DNA of 64,000 nt, from IMG/VR virus record IMGVR_UViG_3300046820_000635; one strand, 5' to 3'. The notes under the pieces are model-generated. The model saw only the letters and a program-made list of their open reading frames with translations. It had not been told where the DNA came from and searched no databases. Below are positions 8,203-17,162 of this stretch, piece by piece (the first letter of the stretch is position 1; every line of letters begins with the position of its first letter). Origin of the DNA: a virus. Its lineage: Duplodnaviria > Heunggongvirae > Uroviricota > Caudoviricetes. The position numbers were made by a program, and so were the translations under genes.

Positions 8203-8717
8203 CAGCATGGGTAGACGCTCTTAAAGAGTCAAGCATTCCTGAGTATGCTAAAGACACAAAACTCAACATTGATGCAGTTATCAAACGTTCAACACTGCCT
8301 GTTGAAGAAGCTGAAGCTGTTGCATTAGCGGCAGCATTTGCAACAGGCAATAGCAAGTTATGGACTTGGGTCCATAGTCAACTTGCAGATCGTAAAGAAG
8401 CAGATGCCGCCTTGACAGCCGCTAGCATTATGGCACAAAACAACGTCTGGTATCCCTACGTTGAAATGGCCGATGATGAACAGCTAAAAGGCTTGCCAGC
8501 ACAGTTGCGCATGAATGCTATCGCAAGCCACGGCGGAACTACAAAGGCTCGTTTCGAAGCATACAGTTTGGCAGCTAGTATTGTGGGCAAGTGTCACTTC
8601 TGTGTTAAGGCACACTACGAAACACTCAAGAAGGAAGGTTACACTGTAGAACAACTTCGTGACATCGGACGTATTGCCGCAGTAATGACCAGTGTTTCTA
8701 GAGTAGTAGCTAACTGA
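8199..8717 (+). CDS. AhpD-like alkylhydroperoxidase / carboxymuconolactone decarboxylase family protein
   Basis: GKCHFCVKAHYETLKKEG CxxC-H motif characteristic of AhpD. ATGA overlap with the upstream gene. GGAG RBS. Confidence 0.7.
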   Translation: MTAWVDALKESSIPEYAKDTKLNIDAVIKRSTLPVEEAEAVALAAAFATGNSKLWTWVHSQLADRKEADAALTAASIMAQNNVWYPYVEMADDEQLKGLPAQLRMNAIASHGGTTKARFEAYSLAASIVGKCHFCVKAHYETLKKEGYTVEQLRDIGRIAAVMTSVSRVVAN

Positions 8718-8722
8718 TAGAC

Positions 8723-8751
8723 TTGACAACCTCCAAACTTTCTGTTATACT
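8723..8751 (+). promoter_or_regulatory. sigma70-type promoter TTGACA-N17-TATACT lying in the loop of an 11-bp hairpin
   Basis: TTGACA at 8723-8728, TATACT at 8746-8751. Flanking inverted repeat CCTCCAAACTT (8730-8740) / AAGTTTGGAGG (8768-8778) contains the GGAGG RBS of the 8785 gene. Confidence 0.6.
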
Positions 8752-8784
8752 AGTCCTATAGTTTAACAAGTTTGGAGGTTTCTT

Positions 8785-9165
8785 TTGAGTATGCATTTAG
8801 AAGGCCCGTGGCTCAGCACTATCGGCAAGAAAAAAGGCAAGAAGAAATTTACTTCTGCCGAATCTAAACGAAAGTTTGAAGAACAGGCAGCAAGTTGGCA
8901 AGCTATCCTAGACAAATACGACAACAAGAAAGTTGTCAAAGAAATAAAGAAAACACTAAAAGATGTATACAAGTTGGATGTACCTCCTGGTCGTAGCAGT
9001 CGCCACATTCCTAGCCGTGACACAGGTATGGTTCCGTGTGTAAAAGCCCCAGATAAAATCTACACCGGAGACAAGATTAAAGGCATTGGCACAATGCACA
9101 AGAGCAATGCAGTGCCGGTGTTTAGCGATGAAGAAGCTCAAGATATTGCCAAAATGCGTCGATAA
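8785..9165 (+). CDS. hypothetical Lys-rich protein
   Basis: 126 aa. GGAGG RBS 7 nt upstream. Confidence 0.45.
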   Translation: MSMHLEGPWLSTIGKKKGKKKFTSAESKRKFEEQAASWQAILDKYDNKKVVKEIKKTLKDVYKLDVPPGRSSRHIPSRDTGMVPCVKAPDKIYTGDKIKGIGTMHKSNAVPVFSDEEAQDIAKMRR

Positions 9166-9463
9166 TCACCGGTTTCGCCCTGTGATATTGGATTATGAGG
9201 TATATATTACTACGTTTCGCAAAGAAACTAAGATAGTTGGTTTGATTTAATGGGATTCATTTTATTAAACCCGCGGGTCTTGGCCAATGAGAAACCCGTA
9301 TTTTCGGGAAGCCAAGGGTCGCCAAAGGCACACAAGTTATGAGATTGTGCGTCCAATGGAGACAACTACACGAAAGTAGGGTTCTTTCAGAGCCTCGTGA
9401 AGTTAACTCCCTTTATGTAATGTGATTTGAAGTTTTGAATCACACCAAGTCAAAGGAGGACTT

Positions 9464-10024
9464 ATGGAAAAAGCATTAAGGCTTACTGCCTTTATTTTAG
9501 GTATTATTTTGGTATCGTTTCTTGTAATGAAAGTAACAGATACTAAGTTCAATAACCTTCGTGAACGAAATGGTTACTACAGCCAAGATGTCGTTACAAT
9601 CAAAACCAGAGAAAGACAACTAGATTGTCTTGCCCTTAATATCTATAGAGAAGCAGGACATGAAAGCTTCGAAGGTAAAGTTGCTGTCGCACAGGTTACT
9701 ATGAATCGTGCGGCACACCCAGACTTTCCAAAAGATATCTGCGGTGTCATTTATCAGAAAAGTGTTATAATGGAAAAAGTCGTATGCCAGTTCTCATGGT
9801 ACTGCGAATCAGGATCCAAAGTAGCACCTTTACAAAATGCTGCCTATAAAGAAAGCTATGAAGTTGCCAAGAAGGTGCTATTGGAAGGATTCAAACTTGA
9901 CGTTCTAAAAGAAGCACTGTACTATCATGCGAACTATGTCAATCCTAAATGGAACTTAGACAAAATCGGAAGTATCGGTAATCACATTTTCTACAAACCC
10001 AAAGACAAAGGAACTAAAAAATGA
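9464..10024 (+). CDS. Cell-wall hydrolase, SleB/Hydrolase_2 family, with N-terminal signal-anchor (endolysin candidate)
   Basis: LDCLALNIYREAGHESFEGKVAVAQVTMNRAAH...QFSWYCESG matches the SleB/CwlJ catalytic-domain signature. N-terminal TM LTAFILGIILVSFLV. AAAGGAGG RBS. Confidence 0.75.
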   Translation: MEKALRLTAFILGIILVSFLVMKVTDTKFNNLRERNGYYSQDVVTIKTRERQLDCLALNIYREAGHESFEGKVAVAQVTMNRAAHPDFPKDICGVIYQKSVIMEKVVCQFSWYCESGSKVAPLQNAAYKESYEVAKKVLLEGFKLDVLKEALYYHANYVNPKWNLDKIGSIGNHIFYKPKDKGTKK

Positions 10025-10326
10025 CAGACTTTAATCTTCAACTGTTCAAAGAATCTATCCTTGCTAAGTTCTCTTCAGTCTCTGCAGAAACATTTGGGTG
10101 GTTAGCAGTGTTGGTATTACATGCCGCAACTGTTCCTAGTTTGCTCGCAGTAATGAGTGGACTCACAGATCGATTGCCTGGTGTAGACCTAGTATTGCTA
10201 GTTTGGTCTGGTCTTACACTGTTGTTTATCAAGGCAGCAGTACAGAAAGACATGCTTAATATCATTACAATCGGTTTGGGCTTCATCATCCAAGCCGTAA
10301 TGATGGCACTGATTTTCTTCAAATAA
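10021..10326 (+). CDS. Small multi-TM membrane protein (holin candidate)
   Basis: 101 aa with 2-3 hydrophobic helices. ATGA-coupled directly after the hydrolase gene. Confidence 0.45.
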   Translation: MTDFNLQLFKESILAKFSSVSAETFGWLAVLVLHAATVPSLLAVMSGLTDRLPGVDLVLLVWSGLTLLFIKAAVQKDMLNIITIGLGFIIQAVMMALIFFK

Positions 10327-10347
10327 CCAATTTGAATACCAAAACAC

Positions 10348-10376
10348 TTGACACCGCCTTTGAGCGGTGTTATACT
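10348..10376 (+). promoter_or_regulatory. sigma70-type promoter TTGACA-N17-TATACT with a terminator hairpin in the spacer
   Basis: TTGACA at 10348-10353, TATACT at 10371-10376. ACACCGC...GCGGTGT 7-bp hairpin followed by a T-run. Confidence 0.55.
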
Positions 10377-10410
10377 TTTAATACTGAAAACACACACAGA
10401 AAGGTCAGTT

Positions 10411-10548
10411 ATGATTCGTTACAAGTATCGTGTATACCTACAAGGTCGTACGTTTGATACAGTTTTTGAATGTGCTACTGCTAGCGAAGGCGAAGCAGCT
10501 CTTAAAGCACAATACGGCTGTAATGTAGCATGGCTCGGTCGAGCTTAA
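10411..10548 (+). CDS. hypothetical small protein (46 aa)
   Basis: AAAGG RBS then ATG at 10411, downstream of the 10348 promoter. Confidence 0.35.
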   Translation: MIRYKYRVYLQGRTFDTVFECATASEGEAALKAQYGCNVAWLGRA

Positions 10549-10571
10549 TCTTAACTCACAGAAAGACACAC

Positions 10572-11054
10572 ATGAAAAAGATTCTATTCCTCATTCCATT
10601 CATTGCTCTAATGACTGCATGTTCTTCTATGAAAGAAATCGAAGAACGTAAAACCTATGCACAGCCCGATTGGTATCAAGAGTGTCAACAAGCTGGTGTT
10701 AAAGGTTACTTCTGGTGGAAGAAAGAGTTCGCTTATGCTTGCGGCGGCGGCGAATCTATTCACGCACAGGCAGCAGAAGAACAGATGTATGCTATTGCAA
10801 TGAACAACTTTGCAAAACGCATTAACTCAGAAGTCAACAGTGAAACAACTCTTGATTTTGTCAATGACAAAAAGAACACACGAACAAAGATTTCGTATGT
10901 TGTCAAGAGTACAACTATTCGTGAACACCTAAAAACTGAAACAGCACAGTTTACCATGAAAGGACGTCACTATACATTTGTTCGTCTAGAAATGCCCAAG
11001 GCCGTATTTGATCAACTGATCGCAGAAGCTAAGGCATCGAAAGCAGAACAATGA
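10572..11054 (+). CDS. Lipoprotein (spanin-like candidate)
   Basis: MKKILFLIPFIALMTACSS lipobox. Confidence 0.55.
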   Translation: MKKILFLIPFIALMTACSSMKEIEERKTYAQPDWYQECQQAGVKGYFWWKKEFAYACGGGESIHAQAAEEQMYAIAMNNFAKRINSEVNSETTLDFVNDKKNTRTKISYVVKSTTIREHLKTETAQFTMKGRHYTFVRLEMPKAVFDQLIAEAKASKAEQ

Positions 11055-11371
11055 AATATCTGTTAGTTCTGGCGATAATAGCCTTAGCAGGATGTTCGTC
11101 ATCTCCAAAAGTTGTTGCAGAAAAACCACAGTACTGTTATACCAGTCAAAAAATTGTTAGTGAAGACAAAGAAGTAGTTAGCAGTCGTACTGAAGTTGAC
11201 TGTACAGATGATCAAATCAAACGTCTAGCAGTTGCTAGGATAGGCATGGCTCCTAACTGTGGCGAGTTTACCTATTGGATGAATATCGGAGGAAGCAATG
11301 TTCAACGCAAAGGCATCAGTTGTCAAAAGCTGGATGGTAGTTGGGAAGTTGTTAATACTTCTGGCCGGTAA
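11051..11371 (+). CDS. Lipoprotein, Cys-containing (outer-membrane spanin-like candidate)
   Basis: MKYLLVLAIIALAGCSS lipobox. 106 aa. Several Cys. ATGA overlap. Confidence 0.55.
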   Translation: MKYLLVLAIIALAGCSSSPKVVAEKPQYCYTSQKIVSEDKEVVSSRTEVDCTDDQIKRLAVARIGMAPNCGEFTYWMNIGGSNVQRKGISCQKLDGSWEVVNTSGR

Positions 11372-11726
11372 CGCCCACGCCGATAATATTGGCAATCCGA
11401 GGTTCTTCGAGTACCAAGCTAGTAATATTGCCAATAGACTTTTAGAACTCAGCTTCGGTTGGTATAAGACTCTTGACTTAGATCAAAAAGCCGCGTACTA
11501 TCAAAGTATAACACATGCTTTGATGTATGCAGAAAACGGAGAGGCAGTAAGTTGGTATGAAAGAGATGCTAGTGGGCTGTCTGTCCCTGTTATGACCTGG
11601 CCTACAGGTTCTGGATACTGTCGAAGGCTGCATATTAAGGCCATTGCCTACAATACAGAAAAAAACATTACACGCACTGCCTGTTTTGAAAATGCTAGTA
11701 GTAAATGGCAATGGCTGAGGGAATAA
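11298..11726 (+). CDS. Secreted hypothetical protein
   Basis: Signal peptide MVVGKLLILLAGNAHA. The true start may be about 11337. Confidence 0.4.
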   Translation: MFNAKASVVKSWMVVGKLLILLAGNAHADNIGNPRFFEYQASNIANRLLELSFGWYKTLDLDQKAAYYQSITHALMYAENGEAVSWYERDASGLSVPVMTWPTGSGYCRRLHIKAIAYNTEKNITRTACFENASSKWQWLRE

Positions 11727-11730
11727 ATAT

Positions 11731-13041
11731 TTGTTCATGAAAATAAATCTTGGTGATCGTATAATAGCCTATTTGGCTTTAATCAGTGGTTTGACAATTT
11801 CGGCAGTGGCCGTTTGGTACTCTGTTGCTGGTTTGGTGTCTATCTTTGCCGCAGCCGCAGTGCCTATCATTGTCATGGGGGTGACCTTAGAAATCAGTAA
11901 ACTTATAGCTACTGTATGGCTGAAGCTAAACTGGAATCGCGCCCCGCAACTTATCAAAATATATCTATGCGCAGCCATCGCAATACTGATGGTTATTACC
12001 AGTATGGGTATCTTTGGCTTCCTTTCAAAAGCACACAGTGATCAAAGCCTGGTGTCAGGTGACGTGCAAAGTAAGATAGCAGTCTACGACGAAAAGATTA
12101 AAATAGCAAAGGAAAATATAGATGCTAACCGCAAGGCGCTTAAACAGATGGATGAAGCTGTGGACCAAGTCATGGCAAGGAGCAGTTCAGAAACGGGTGC
12201 CGACAAAGCTGTTGGGATTAGACGCTCACAACAAAAAGAACGTGCCCGCCTTCAGTCTGACATCCAAGCCGAACAGAAAACTATTACTGCCCTTAGCGAA
12301 GAACGGGCGCCCATTGCCGCTGAGGTTCGAAAGGTTGAAGCAGAAGTTGGTCCGATAAAATATATCGCAGCCTTTGTCTACGGTGATAACCCAGATGCTA
12401 ACGTATTAGAAAAAGCAGTCACATGGGTAATCATTATCATTGTATCAGTGTTTGATCCACTAGCAGTTATTCTATTGTTAGCCAGTCAGTATAGCTTCCA
12501 ATGGTTTAGACAAGCTCGTGAAGAAGAAACCACGGAGGGTGACAGCCCTGAAAAGGAATCTGACGTAGTCAGCACAGCCACTGTCACTGAACAAGCGCCT
12601 ATCATAATAGAAAAGATTGAACCACAGCCAGTTTCTATTGTTGTTCCGGTAATACCTGAGCCTATAGTAGAACCAGATCCGACACCAGAACCAGAACCGA
12701 TAGTAGAATCTGCTCCTGTTGATGATGACATCGAAGAAATCGAATCGGCTCAACCTTCCGAAAAAGAAGCAATGAAAAAGTGGAAGGCTGAAAATCCTAA
12801 CGACTCATTGAAGCATCAAAAGAAGTTGTTAGAAAGAGGAATGATTTCTAGGCTACCCTGGGAAGACTATCTAAAGGCACAGCCAGATGTGTCAGACGCC
12901 GAGGCAGCAGAAGAAGCAGCCAAGTGGGCAATGGAACAACTAGAACGACCAGGTGATTATCTCACATCGTCTGAAAAAGGCTATGTGCAGAACAGTGAAC
13001 AGAACAAGTCTACTCTTTGGCAGAAAATACATAAAACATGA
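11731..13041 (+). CDS. Membrane protein with coiled-coil and Pro/Glu-rich repeats (PEPIVEPDPTPEPEPIVE)
   Basis: 436 aa. About 4 N-terminal TM helices, a central coiled-coil, another TM, then an acidic Pro-rich tail. Confidence 0.5.
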   Translation: MFMKINLGDRIIAYLALISGLTISAVAVWYSVAGLVSIFAAAAVPIIVMGVTLEISKLIATVWLKLNWNRAPQLIKIYLCAAIAILMVITSMGIFGFLSKAHSDQSLVSGDVQSKIAVYDEKIKIAKENIDANRKALKQMDEAVDQVMARSSSETGADKAVGIRRSQQKERARLQSDIQAEQKTITALSEERAPIAAEVRKVEAEVGPIKYIAAFVYGDNPDANVLEKAVTWVIIIIVSVFDPLAVILLLASQYSFQWFRQAREEETTEGDSPEKESDVVSTATVTEQAPIIIEKIEPQPVSIVVPVIPEPIVEPDPTPEPEPIVESAPVDDDIEEIESAQPSEKEAMKKWKAENPNDSLKHQKKLLERGMISRLPWEDYLKAQPDVSDAEAAEEAAKWAMEQLERPGDYLTSSEKGYVQNSEQNKSTLWQKIHKT

Positions 13042-13439
13042 CCGAAAAGATTCTTCTAGTAACTAGTCCAGATGATGTTCAGCAACAAGGGCTAAGAATA
13101 CTTTTTGTAGATCTTAGTGACGATCAAACCCAACTAATATCGCAATCTCTCAATCTCATTGAAGATTTTCCTACAATCATTTCATACATATGGAAAGTTG
13201 GAGAAGATGTCGATTGGTTGATTGATAAAAAATATAAAGCCGATTTAATAATATTCAACGCAGAAAGTATTAATCAAACTGTTGTCGGTTATATGGCCGG
13301 TCAGTATAACGCATATTATTTTGGTAACTTAAAATCGTTATCAGCAGTAAACACATCTGCATTATATTCCCTAGAAGAATGTAAACAGTTGCTCGACAAA
13401 TATATAGAAAAGAAAACTTCTTTTAAACTTACACATTAA
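13038..13439 (+). CDS. hypothetical protein
   Basis: 133 aa, ATGA-coupled. Confidence 0.4.
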   Translation: MTEKILLVTSPDDVQQQGLRILFVDLSDDQTQLISQSLNLIEDFPTIISYIWKVGEDVDWLIDKKYKADLIIFNAESINQTVVGYMAGQYNAYYFGNLKSLSAVNTSALYSLEECKQLLDKYIEKKTSFKLTH

Positions 13440-13497
13440 TCTTGCATTTTTATAAAAGAAGATGCTAAACTAATATTTTAAGAAAGACTATACAACA

Positions 13498-14079
13498 ATG
13501 CTAACTGATATTATGATCGACATGGAGACACTCGATGTACTCCCTACTGCAACTATTCTTACTATTGGAGCAGTAAAGTTTGACCCGTTTGGCGATGATG
13601 TAAAAGATCCAAAATGTGAAAAGTTTTATGTTCGTGTAGATGTTGATAGTTGCGATGCTATTGGTTGTACTGTAAGTCCTGCTACTTTAGAATGGTGGAG
13701 TAAACAAGATCAAGCAGCACAAGACGAAGCATTTGATCCTGCAAATCGTATCAAGATTGAAGATGCTATGGCACAGCTTTATAAGTTTTGCTGGGGAGCA
13801 AAACGAGTATGGAGTCACGGTGCAGGATTTGATGTTATTATCTGCGAACACTTATTTAGAAAGCTGGGCCGAGCAGTTCCTTGGAGCTTCTGGGAGGTAC
13901 GTGATACTCGTACACTATTTGATATCGGTATTAATCCTAACCGCCCTCCTGTTTTAAAGCATCATGCTTTAGAAGATGCGTGGAATCAAGCAGTAGGTGT
14001 CCAGAACGTTTACAAAGCGCTACGATCTTCTACAATGCTTGACGGAACTTATATTAGTCCTCTGGCATCTCAGAGATAA
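13498..14079 (+). CDS. DEDDh 3'-5' exonuclease (DnaQ-like)
   Basis: MIDMETLD (Exo I), SHGAGFDV (Exo II), HHALEDA (Exo III). Confidence 0.7.
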   Translation: MLTDIMIDMETLDVLPTATILTIGAVKFDPFGDDVKDPKCEKFYVRVDVDSCDAIGCTVSPATLEWWSKQDQAAQDEAFDPANRIKIEDAMAQLYKFCWGAKRVWSHGAGFDVIICEHLFRKLGRAVPWSFWEVRDTRTLFDIGINPNRPPVLKHHALEDAWNQAVGVQNVYKALRSSTMLDGTYISPLASQR

Positions 14080-14133
14080 ATATTTTTTGTTAGCACCTGA
14101 TGGGCTAACATCGGGCATAATGCCCAAATTAGA

Positions 14134-14150
14134 TCTTACTTTATAAGGAG
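14134..14150 (+). promoter_or_regulatory. Conserved 18-nt element TCTTACTTTATAAGGAGA upstream of dnaK
   Basis: Identical copy sits upstream of the hsp20 gene at 16073-16090. Confidence 0.4.
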
Positions 14151-14157
14151 ATAGACA

Positions 14158-16041
14158 ATGTCTAAGATCATCGGTATTGACCTCGGCACCACCAATTCAT
14201 GCGTGGCTGTTATCGAGAATGGAACTTCCAAAGTTATTGAAAATGCAGAAGGTGCAAGAACAACACCTAGTATCGTCGCCTATGCAAATGACGAAATCCT
14301 AGTTGGTGCATCAGCAAAGCGTCAAGCAGTTACAAATCCCAAAAATACAATCTATGCAGCCAAGCGTTTAATCGGACGTAAGTTTAAAGAACAGGCTGTA
14401 CAAAAAGATCTCGGTCTAATGCCATATGAAATCTACGAAGCAGGCAACGGTGATGCATGGGTTCGTGCTCAAGGCAAAGAACTAGCACCACCACAGATTA
14501 GCGCAGAAGTCTTGCGCAAAATGAAAAAAACAGCAGAGGATTATCTAGGTGAAGAAGTTACTCAAGCGGTTATCACAGTTCCCGCATATTTTAATGACAG
14601 CCAAAGACAGGCTACAAAGGACGCTGGAAAGATCGCAGGCTTGGAAGTACTCCGTATTATTAACGAGCCTACTGCGGCAGCTCTTAGTTATGGCGTTGAT
14701 AAAACTGACAAAGCTGATCGCAAGATTGCTGTTTACGACCTTGGTGGCGGTACATTCGACGTATCAATCATTGAAATCGCGAATGTTGACGGTGACAAAC
14801 AAATCGAAGTACTAAGTACTAACGGCGACACTTTCTTGGGTGGCGAAGACTTTGATCAGCGTATTATGGATTTTCTGGTTGATACATTCAAACAGGAACA
14901 GGGCATTGATCTAACTAAAGATATGCTGGCCCTACAGCGGTTAAAAGAAGCCGCTGAAAAGGCTAAGATTGAGCTGTCTAGTTCTGCACAAACAGACGTT
15001 AACTTGCCCTACATTACAGCAGATGCAACAGGTCCTAAGCACATGAATGTCAAGTTGACTCGTGCTAAACTAGAAAGTCTTGTTGACGAACTAATCCAAC
15101 GTAGTATTGCACCATGTAAAACTGCTATGCAAGATGCTGGCGTAACCGCTAGCGATATTGACGAAGTTATTCTTGTTGGCGGTATGACACGTATGCCAAA
15201 GGTACAAGAAGCTGTTGAGAAGTTGTTTGGTAAGGCTCCTCGAAAGGATGTCAATCCGGACGAAGCAGTTGCTGTCGGCGCTGCTATTCAAGGTGCTGTG
15301 CTAGGTGGTGATCGTAAAGACGTTCTATTGCTAGACGTTACTCCATTGAGCCTAGGTATCGAAACACTAGGCGGTGTAATGAGCAAGTTGATTCAAAAGA
15401 ATACGACTATTCCGACTAAGTCTAGTCAAACATTCTCAACAGCTGAAGACAATCAACCTGCCGTAACTATCAAGGCCTACCAAGGTGAACGTGAACTATG
15501 CCAACACAACAAACTGTTAGGAGAGTTTAATCTCGAAGGTATTGCACCAGCTCGTCGTGGACAACCGCAGATCGAAGTTACCTTTGATATCGATGCTAAT
15601 GGTATCATGCATATCTCTGCCAAAGACAAGAGTACAGGTAAAGAAAATAAAATCACTATCAAGTCTAACAGCGGATTGAGTGACGATGAAGTTCAACGTA
15701 TGATTCGAGAAGCAGAAGAAAATGCCGAAGCCGATAAAAAGGCACGTACTCTTATTGAGACACGAAATCAAGCAGAAGCTATGGTGCATGAACTCAAGAA
15801 AGATACAGAAGATCTAAAAGACGAGCTTACTGACACACAACGTAGCGATGCCGAAGCTGCTATCCAAGCAGTGGCAGACGCAGGCAATGACGTAGATGCT
15901 ATCAAATCAGCAATCGAGAAACTGACTACAGTAGCGGTTTCTTTTGCACAGAAAAAACAGCTTAAAGAATCTGGTACAACACCGGACCAAGCTGCACAGG
16001 ATGATGTAGTTGATGCTACTTTTACTGAGAGCAAAAACTAA
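14158..16041 (+). CDS. dnaK: Hsp70 chaperone (DnaK-like)
   Basis: [26 protein letters not shown], complete 627 aa. AAGGAG RBS. Confidence 0.9.
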   Translation: MSKIIGIDLGTTNSCVAVIENGTSKVIENAEGARTTPSIVAYANDEILVGASAKRQAVTNPKNTIYAAKRLIGRKFKEQAVQKDLGLMPYEIYEAGNGDAWVRAQGKELAPPQISAEVLRKMKKTAEDYLGEEVTQAVITVPAYFNDSQRQATKDAGKIAGLEVLRIINEPTAAALSYGVDKTDKADRKIAVYDLGGGTFDVSIIEIANVDGDKQIEVLSTNGDTFLGGEDFDQRIMDFLVDTFKQEQGIDLTKDMLALQRLKEAAEKAKIELSSSAQTDVNLPYITADATGPKHMNVKLTRAKLESLVDELIQRSIAPCKTAMQDAGVTASDIDEVILVGGMTRMPKVQEAVEKLFGKAPRKDVNPDEAVAVGAAIQGAVLGGDRKDVLLLDVTPLSLGIETLGGVMSKLIQKNTTIPTKSSQTFSTAEDNQPAVTIKAYQGERELCQHNKLLGEFNLEGIAPARRGQPQIEVTFDIDANGIMHISAKDKSTGKENKITIKSNSGLSDDEVQRMIREAEENAEADKKARTLIETRNQAEAMVHELKKDTEDLKDELTDTQRSDAEAAIQAVADAGNDVDAIKSAIEKLTTVAVSFAQKKQLKESGTTPDQAAQDDVVDATFTESKN

Positions 16042-16072
16042 TCATAAAGAGTACCGTAATGGACTCTATTGA

Positions 16073-16090
16073 TTCTTACTTTATAAGGAG
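16073..16090 (+). promoter_or_regulatory. Conserved 18-nt element TCTTACTTTATAAGGAGA upstream of hsp20
   Basis: Identical to the element at 14134-14150 upstream of dnaK. Confidence 0.4.
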
Positions 16091-16096
16091 AAACAT

Positions 16097-16528
16097 ATGA
16101 ATCAACTAGCAAGAATAGACGCTTTAAACAGAGCATTGATTGGATTCGACACCATGTTCGATCAAATGGAACGCCGTTTCGCAAACAGCGTATCAAATAA
16201 CTATCCACCTCATAATATCATCAAGGTCGGAGAAAATAACTACAAGATTCAGTTGGCAGTAACAGGATTTAACAAATCCGAAGTTAGCGTAACTGTAGAA
16301 AACAATGTGCTGATTGTCAAGGGCGAAAGTATGACAACAGAGTGGCCTTCCGAAGCTTACCTCTATCGTGGTCTTGCTACCCGCGATTTTGTCAAAGAGT
16401 TTCCTCTTGCCGAACATATCGAAGTAGTTGGAGCACAAATCGAAAACGGCCTTTTGATCATTAGTTTGATTCGCAACATTCCAGAATCTGCGAAGCCTAA
16501 AGTGATTGACATCGTCGAGATTAAGTAA
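16097..16528 (+). CDS. Small heat shock protein (Hsp20/alpha-crystallin, IbpA-like)
   Basis: NYKIQLAVTGFNKSEVSVTVENNVLIVKGE alpha-crystallin domain. 143 aa. Confidence 0.8.
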   Translation: MNQLARIDALNRALIGFDTMFDQMERRFANSVSNNYPPHNIIKVGENNYKIQLAVTGFNKSEVSVTVENNVLIVKGESMTTEWPSEAYLYRGLATRDFVKEFPLAEHIEVVGAQIENGLLIISLIRNIPESAKPKVIDIVEIK

Positions 16529-16577
16529 TATAATAAAGGGGAAGGAAACTTCCCCTGTAACATAACCCGGAGAAAAC

Positions 16578-16880
16578 ATGGCCGTAGACACACAAATTGA
16601 CGAGAAGGTATCGATCAAAGTAGAACCACCAAAGATGTGGAAAGTAGTATTTTTAAACGATGACCATACTCCGATGGAATTTGTAATCGAACTGCTGGTA
16701 AGTATCTTTAGACATACTGAAAGCAAAGCTAAAGATCTTACTTTAGAAATTCATAATTCTGGTAGTGCAGTCGCGGGCATTTACAGTCACGAGATTGCAG
16801 AACAACGTGGGATGGAAGCAACACATCTCTCAAGAGCAAATGGATTCCCACTTCAGGTCCAACTAGAACAAGATTCCTAA
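16578..16880 (+). CDS. clpS: ClpS-like ATP-dependent Clp protease adaptor
   Basis: PKMWKVVFLNDDHTPMEFVIELLVSIFRHTESKA matches the ClpS core (YKVILLNDDYTPMEFV...). Confidence 0.8.
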   Translation: MAVDTQIDEKVSIKVEPPKMWKVVFLNDDHTPMEFVIELLVSIFRHTESKAKDLTLEIHNSGSAVAGIYSHEIAEQRGMEATHLSRANGFPLQVQLEQDS

Positions 16881-16881
16881 C

Positions 16882-17148
16882 ATGATTCATGGCGAGGACT
16901 TTAAATTTTTAAAGTATAAAAATGTAGGCACTCGCCAATTTTCTTACTGGCTAACATTTCTTGATACAAGACCTAGCAATAGGCGATATGGTAAACGATC
17001 AAGAAAAGAATTAATAAACTTTTGGTCTTATAGTTTGGGCAAACTAGGAGATCGTTGGGAATATAGCGCACCCGGTAATGGAGAGTTTATTATCAAAATC
17101 CATCAAGAAAGTGATATCACAATAATGCTCTTGAAGTATCACAGATAG
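16882..17148 (+). CDS. hypothetical protein
   Basis: 88 aa ORF. Confidence 0.35.
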   Translation: MIHGEDFKFLKYKNVGTRQFSYWLTFLDTRPSNRRYGKRSRKELINFWSYSLGKLGDRWEYSAPGNGEFIIKIHQESDITIMLLKYHR

Positions 17149-17162
17149 TAAATAATCACACT

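Noticed and set aside
13733-13957. Alternative-frame ORF inside the DEDDh exonuclease gene
   Set aside because: It is in a different frame from the motif-bearing exonuclease ORF and has no RBS.
14085-14157. sigma32 heat-shock promoter upstream of dnaK
   Set aside because: No CTTGAAA-N13-15-CCCCATNT match. Only the shared 18-mer TCTTACTTTATAAGGAGA and a small GGGCA/TGCCC hairpin were found.
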